NCBI GenBank assembly: GCA_013001145.1
Contig: JABDND010000057.1
Location: 4,174 to 68,173 of the forward strand
Direction of reading: 5' to 3'
Length of the DNA stretch: 64,000 nt
Source of the DNA: Croceitalea sp.
GTDB lineage: Bacteria > Bacteroidota > Bacteroidia > Flavobacteriales > Flavobacteriaceae
This document shows, in pieces, positions 59,137-64,000 of the stretch. The position numbers and the translations under genes were made by a program. Position 1 is the stretch's first letter, and each line of letters opens with the position of its first letter. The notes beneath the pieces are model-generated. The model worked only from the letters and a program-made list of their open reading frames with translations. It was not told where the DNA came from and ran no database searches.

Positions 59137-60453
59137 ATGGATTTAAAAGAAAAATTGGTTTCATCCTTTTTGGCCTTTGAGAATTCGGTTGACTTAGACA
59201 ATCCGGTTCACGATGTTCGCTCAGAAGCCATCAAGAACTTTGAAGCAAAAGGGTTTCCCACCAAGAAGCAAGAAGCTTGGAAGTATACTTCTTTGAATAA
59301 CTTGTTGCGTACAGATTTCAGTATATTTCCGAGAGAGGATAACGCACTTGAATACAAAGACGTTAAAAAATATTTTCTACATGAGGTGGATACCTATAAA
59401 ATAGTATTTATTGATGGTGTGTACAGTTCATATCTTTCAGAGACCACCCATGATGGCGTCGATGTTTGTTTAATGAGTTCTGCATTTACGAAACCCATGT
59501 ATCGCGCCACCATTGAAAAATACTTTAACAAGGCCGCTTCAAAAGACGAGTCATTGACCACTTTGAATACGGCATTTTGTAAAGAAGGGGCATATATCAA
59601 TATCCCCAAAGGAAAGGCGCCCAGAAAACCGATTCAAATTCTCCATTTTGCTACAGGTAACGAGGCTTCGTTGATGCTACAGCCAAGAAATTTGATTATT
59701 GTTGAAGAAAATGCTGAGGTACAAATCATAGAACGGCATCAAAGTTTGACCTCCAACGAGGTGTTTACGAATGCCGTCACCGAAATTTTCGCAGCCAAAA
59801 GTGCTAGGGTGGACTATTATAAGGTTCAGAACGACACGAATGTGGCCTCGCTTATTGATAACACCTATATTGATCAAAAAGGGAAAAGCCATGTTAGCGT
59901 GCACACCTTTTCCTTTGGAGGAAAATTAATTCGAAACAACCTCAATTATTTCCAAGACGGCGAATATATTGATTCAACCCTTAAAGGGGTGTCCATATTG
60001 GGAGAAAAGCAACATGTTGACCACCATACTTTGGTGCACCATGCCCAACCCAATTGCGAAAGCCATCAAGATTATAAAGGTATATATGGCGAAAATTCAA
60101 CGGGGGTTTTCAATGGGAAGATCATTGTTGACAAAATCGCCCAAAAAACAAATGCCTTTCAGCAGAACAATAATATTTTGATCAGCGACAAGGCGACCAT
60201 AAATACAAAGCCACAGCTTGAGATATTTGCTGATGATGTCAAATGTTCCCATGGTTGTACCATTGGCCAATTGGATGAAGATGCTTTGTTTTATTTGCAA
60301 TCACGGGGCATTCCCAAAAAGGAGGCCACTGCACTATTGATGTATGCCTTTGCCAACAATGTGTTGGAAAGTGTTCGCCTACCTGAATTAAAAATTAGAA
60401 TCAATAAGCTCATCGCCAACAAATTGGGTGTGCGTGTTGGTTTTGAACTCTAA
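59137..60453 (+). CDS. sufD: Fe-S cluster assembly protein SufD
   Basis: EAWKYT, KPQLEIFADDVKCSHG, FYLQSRGI. Confidence 0.97.
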   Translation: MDLKEKLVSSFLAFENSVDLDNPVHDVRSEAIKNFEAKGFPTKKQEAWKYTSLNNLLRTDFSIFPREDNALEYKDVKKYFLHEVDTYKIVFIDGVYSSYLSETTHDGVDVCLMSSAFTKPMYRATIEKYFNKAASKDESLTTLNTAFCKEGAYINIPKGKAPRKPIQILHFATGNEASLMLQPRNLIIVEENAEVQIIERHQSLTSNEVFTNAVTEIFAAKSARVDYYKVQNDTNVASLIDNTYIDQKGKSHVSVHTFSFGGKLIRNNLNYFQDGEYIDSTLKGVSILGEKQHVDHHTLVHHAQPNCESHQDYKGIYGENSTGVFNGKIIVDKIAQKTNAFQQNNNILISDKATINTKPQLEIFADDVKCSHGCTIGQLDEDALFYLQSRGIPKKEATALLMYAFANNVLESVRLPELKIRINKLIANKLGVRVGFEL

Positions 60454-60464
60454 AAGCCAATCAA

Positions 60465-61691
60465 ATGATCAAAGTAGGGCTTGATGTGGCAAAAATTAGA
60501 GAGGATTTCCCTATTCTAAAAAGAAAGGTCAATGGCCATAACTTGGTCTATTTAGATAATGCCGCTACCTCACAAACCCCTCGACAGGTCATTGATGTTA
60601 TCGTTGATTATTACCAAAGGCTAAATGCCAACATTCATAGGGGCGTACACACTCTTTCACAAGAAGCTACAGATGCCTATGAACAGGCACGTATAAAAAT
60701 TCAGAAACATTTCAACATTGCTAAAAACCACGAGGTAATATTGACTTCGGGCACAACACATAGCATTAATATAGTGGCCAATGGTTTTACTTCACTTTTG
60801 CAAAAAGGTGATGAGCTTTTGGTATCTGCCATGGAACACCACTCCAATATAGTACCCTGGCAAATGCTTTGCGAACGCACGGGAGCAGTACTAAAGGTAA
60901 TCCCCATGAACAATGAAGGCGATTTGGTAATGGGCGAATATCACAAACTGCTTTCCCACAATACCAAGTTGGTATTCTGCAACCATGTATCCAATGCCCT
61001 TGGGACTATAAATCCTATAAAGGAGATTATTGAAGCTGCCCACCAAAAAGGGGCTGCAGTTTTAATTGATGGGGCCCAGGCGGCCCCACATATAAAAGCA
61101 GATTTACAATCGCTCGATGTTGATTTTTATACCATTTCGGCTCATAAAGTTTGTGGTCCAACAGGGATTGGTATGTTATATGGTAAAGAATCTTGGTTGA
61201 ATAAGCTACCCCCATATCAAGGAGGAGGGGAAATGATTGCTGAAGTGACTTTTGAAAAAACCACTTATGCAGATTTGCCCCATAAATTTGAAGCCGGAAC
61301 CCCCAATATTTGCGGCGGGATCACTTTTGGCGCCGCTTTGGATTATATGAATGCCATTGGTTTTGAAGAAATTGCAGCTTATGAGCACGAACTGTTGCAC
61401 TACGCGACGTCTGAATTGTTAAAAATAGAAGGACTTAAAATTTACGGCACCGCTAAAAACAAAACATCAGTGATATCATTTAATATAGAGGGCATACACC
61501 CTTATGATATGGGCACTATTTTAGATAAACTGGGCATTGCGGTCCGCACAGGGCACCATTGTGCACAACCCATAATGGATTTTTACAAAATTCCAGGTAC
61601 GGTAAGGGCCAGTTTTTGCTTTTATAATACCCAAGAGGAAGTTGATGTGTTGGTGACAGCTGTTAAACGGGCAAAAAACATGTTGTTGTAA
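60465..61691 (+). CDS. sufS: Cysteine desulfurase SufS
   Basis: YLDNAATSQ, SAHKVCGPTG, RTGHHCAQP. Confidence 0.96.
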   Translation: MIKVGLDVAKIREDFPILKRKVNGHNLVYLDNAATSQTPRQVIDVIVDYYQRLNANIHRGVHTLSQEATDAYEQARIKIQKHFNIAKNHEVILTSGTTHSINIVANGFTSLLQKGDELLVSAMEHHSNIVPWQMLCERTGAVLKVIPMNNEGDLVMGEYHKLLSHNTKLVFCNHVSNALGTINPIKEIIEAAHQKGAAVLIDGAQAAPHIKADLQSLDVDFYTISAHKVCGPTGIGMLYGKESWLNKLPPYQGGGEMIAEVTFEKTTYADLPHKFEAGTPNICGGITFGAALDYMNAIGFEEIAAYEHELLHYATSELLKIEGLKIYGTAKNKTSVISFNIEGIHPYDMGTILDKLGIAVRTGHHCAQPIMDFYKIPGTVRASFCFYNTQEEVDVLVTAVKRAKNMLL

Positions 61692-61753
61692 TTACCCTGA
61701 AATTAGTATTCATGTATTGACCAAAACGTCGATACGTATTTTTAACCAAAAGA

Positions 61754-62176
61754 ATGACAATAAAAGCTATACAAGAAGAAATCGTAGATGAGTTTTCAAT
61801 GTTTGAAGATTGGATGCAACGCTATGAATATATGATTGAGCTGGGCAAATCATTGCCTTTGATAGATGAACAATATAAAACCGATGATAATATCATTAAA
61901 GGTTGCCAAAGCAAGGTATGGGTCCATGCCGAACTGGATGACGACAAATTGGTTTTTACGGCAGACAGTGATGCCGTCATCACCAAAGGTATCATTGCCA
62001 TTTTGATCAGGGCCTTCAGTAATCAGAAACCCCAAGACATTATTGATGCCAATACCGATTTTATCGATGAAATAGGTTTGAAAGAACATTTATCGCCCAC
62101 AAGGGCCAACGGTTTGGTCTCCATGATCAAACAACTTAAATTATATGCCGTTGCATACCAAACACAATTGAACTAA
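61754..62176 (+). CDS. sufE: SufE sulfur acceptor
   Basis: IKGCQSKVW, ADSDA, LSPTRANGL. Confidence 0.95.
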   Translation: MTIKAIQEEIVDEFSMFEDWMQRYEYMIELGKSLPLIDEQYKTDDNIIKGCQSKVWVHAELDDDKLVFTADSDAVITKGIIAILIRAFSNQKPQDIIDANTDFIDEIGLKEHLSPTRANGLVSMIKQLKLYAVAYQTQLN

Positions 62177-62177
62177 A

Positions 62178-62507
62178 ATGAGCGAAGAAACAACAATAAA
62201 TACTGCCGAGTTGGGCGAAAAAATAGTCAGGGTTCTAAAAACAATTTATGATCCAGAAATTCCTGTGGATATATATGAATTGGGTCTGATCTACGACGTT
62301 TTTGTCAATGAAGACAATGATGTAAAAATCTTGATGACTTTAACATCACCTAATTGTCCGGTAGCTGAAACATTGCCAGTTGAAGTAGAAGAAAAGGTCA
62401 AATCACTGGATGCAGTCAAAGATGCTGAGGTTGAAATCACTTTTGACCCACCTTGGACACAAGAGTTGATGAGTGAAGAGGCAAAGCTCGAACTGGGACT
62501 GTTATAA
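62178..62507 (+). CDS. sufT: DUF59 / SufT Fe-S maturation protein
   Basis: DPEIPVDIYELGL, TLTSPNCP, FDPPW. Confidence 0.9.
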   Translation: MSEETTINTAELGEKIVRVLKTIYDPEIPVDIYELGLIYDVFVNEDNDVKILMTLTSPNCPVAETLPVEVEEKVKSLDAVKDAEVEITFDPPWTQELMSEEAKLELGLL

Positions 62508-62516
62508 ATATTGAGC

Positions 62517-63020
62517 ATGTCTGAAATTGTAAACAGAGTGGCGCAGAGCAACCTGGTCACCTTTGATCTTGAAGACCTTTATCCTCAGGGGGAGCGCTTT
62601 CTCTTTGATATCAAAGACTGGCTTTTTGAAGGTCTTATTTTGCGTGAAAAAGAATTTCGCATCCAGATTGAACAAAAAGATTGGTCTCAATTCAAAGACG
62701 CCTATGTGGCTCTTACGTGTTCTACCGATGCCATTGTTCCAGGTTGGGCATATATGTTGGTTACTTCAAGACTATGTCCCTATGCCAAAAAGGTCATAGT
62801 GGGCGACTTAGAACAATTGGAATCATCCATATATCAACCCATACTTGAAAAACTTGATGTTTCAATATATAAAGACAAGCCTGTCATAATTAAAGGTTGT
62901 TCCCATAAACCGGTACCTCAAAATGCGTATTTAATGGCCATGGCAAAAATACAACCGGTCGCCAAAAGTGTCATGTACGGCGAAGCCTGCTCTGCTGTGC
63001 CACTTTTTAAAAGAAAGTAA
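62517..63020 (+). CDS. DUF2480 family protein
   Basis: EIVNRVA.S.L.TFDLED, CSTDAIVPGWAYML, MYGEACSAVP. Confidence 0.85.
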   Translation: MSEIVNRVAQSNLVTFDLEDLYPQGERFLFDIKDWLFEGLILREKEFRIQIEQKDWSQFKDAYVALTCSTDAIVPGWAYMLVTSRLCPYAKKVIVGDLEQLESSIYQPILEKLDVSIYKDKPVIIKGCSHKPVPQNAYLMAMAKIQPVAKSVMYGEACSAVPLFKRK

Positions 63021-63089
63021 AAGTCTTTTTAATAAATAAGTGACTATTCTTATTTTTGCGGGTCTAAAACACTAAACATTACAAAAATC

Positions 63090-64000
63090 ATGAAGAAAAC
63101 CATTGTAGCAGTAGCCTTTTTGTTTACTGCAGTAACCTTAACAGCGCAGACCGAAGAGGAATTAAAATCCACATTGGGCGCTAAGAAAGATTCGATAGCG
63201 GCCATTCAGGGCCGTGCCGATGCCATTCAGGCACAAATTGACGCCTTGCCAGGCTGGAAAAAAGGCGCCTTCGGAACCATTGGAGGCAGTTTATCCAATT
63301 TTAATAATTGGTACTCCCAAGGTACCCCTAACAACTCAGCTGGTAACATAGGTATCACCATCAACGCTTTCGCCAACTTAACAGAAGATAAATTCTTTTG
63401 GAGAAATGCTTTGACCACTAATTTAAATTGGGTCAAATTGGACGATCAAGATGATCCCACAGATAGTGATAAATTCCGTCAGGCAACCGATGTGTTCAAC
63501 ATCTCATCACTTTACGGACAAAAATTAAGTGAAAAGTTTGCCATTTCGGGCTTAGGTGAATATCGTACCACCATCCTAAGTAATTTCAATGACCCAGGTT
63601 ATTTGGATTTAGGTGTTGGGGGTACATGGACACCTATTACCAATCTTGTAGTGGTGATTCACCCATTGAACTACAACTTTGTGTTTTCAAATGAAGATAC
63701 AATTTTCAATTCTTCGTTGGGTGCTAAAATATTGGCTGATTATACGCGTCAAATTGGTGCTGTTGCCTTTAAAACCAACCTCTCATTGTTTCAGAGTTAT
63801 GAATCTGGTGATTTAAGCAACTGGACATGGACCAACTCTTTCTCTTATACCCTGTGGAAAATGATTGGGGTAGGATTTGATTTCGGTTTAAGAAACAATA
63901 AGCAAGAAGCATTAAACTATTCCAATAATGTATTGGGTAATACCGACACTTTTGATACTGTGGACAACGATCTACAAAGTTATTGGACCTTAGGCTTGAG
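63090..64000 (+). CDS. DUF3078-type exported beta-barrel-like protein, truncated at the window end
   Basis: MKKTIVAVAFLFTAVTLTAQ signal peptide, GWKKG..SNFNNW; frame appears open to the end (..QSYWTLGL); TATTTTTG promoter upstream. Confidence 0.75.
   Translation, partial: MKKTIVAVAFLFTAVTLTAQTEEELKSTLGAKKDSIAAIQGRADAIQAQIDALPGWKKGAFGTIGGSLSNFNNWYSQGTPNNSAGNIGITINAFANLTEDKFFWRNALTTNLNWVKLDDQDDPTDSDKFRQATDVFNISSLYGQKLSEKFAISGLGEYRTTILSNFNDPGYLDLGVGGTWTPITNLVVVIHPLNYNFVFSNEDTIFNSSLGAKILADYTRQIGAVAFKTNLSLFQSYESGDLSNWTWTNSFSYTLWKMIGVGFDFGLRNNKQEALNYSNNVLGNTDTFDTVDNDLQSYWTLGL

Overview
64 kb of AT-rich core chromosome from a marine Flavobacteriaceae (Bacteroidota). Evidence for the lineage: sprE/porW, gldH, an atp operon without atpD/atpC, TAnnTTTG promoters and a MomL-like lactonase that suggests a Muricauda/Flagellimonas/Croceitalea-like genus. 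I saw no rRNA, tRNA, CRISPR array, transposase, integrase or prophage. Gene content in order: PadR plus tandem membrane-protein paralogs and an ABC exporter; sprE-bactofilin-atpZ-DUF6168-atpBEFHAG; flippase-dut-nucleotidyltransferase-TPR-DUF4292-envC; HU/SPOR protein, dprA, trpS, plsC; a lipoprotein-ECF sigma-trans-envelope anti-sigma operon; recA, trhO, ricT, gldH, PBP1A, scoAB; GNAT, serine hydrolase, aminotransferase, orphan vsr, sdhCAB; rimK plus deacylase, VPS10-type propeller, pepP, brnQ, thiL, two surface lipoproteins; a suf operon with an embedded AHL lactonase. The most interesting signals are not in the ORF track. (1) The same GCAACC-N15-CATCTT ECF-type promoter occurs before the ECF operon and before an unannotated structured, terminated ~120-nt unit between recA and trhO (candidate ECF-dependent sRNA). 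(2) A 35-aa small ORF has its own promoter, 21-bp-spaced direct repeats and terminator. (3) A quorum-quenching lactonase sits between sufB and sufC. (4) An orphan C-terminal gene fragment lies behind the PadR paralog array. All family assignments come from motif recognition and recalled knowledge, not database searches.
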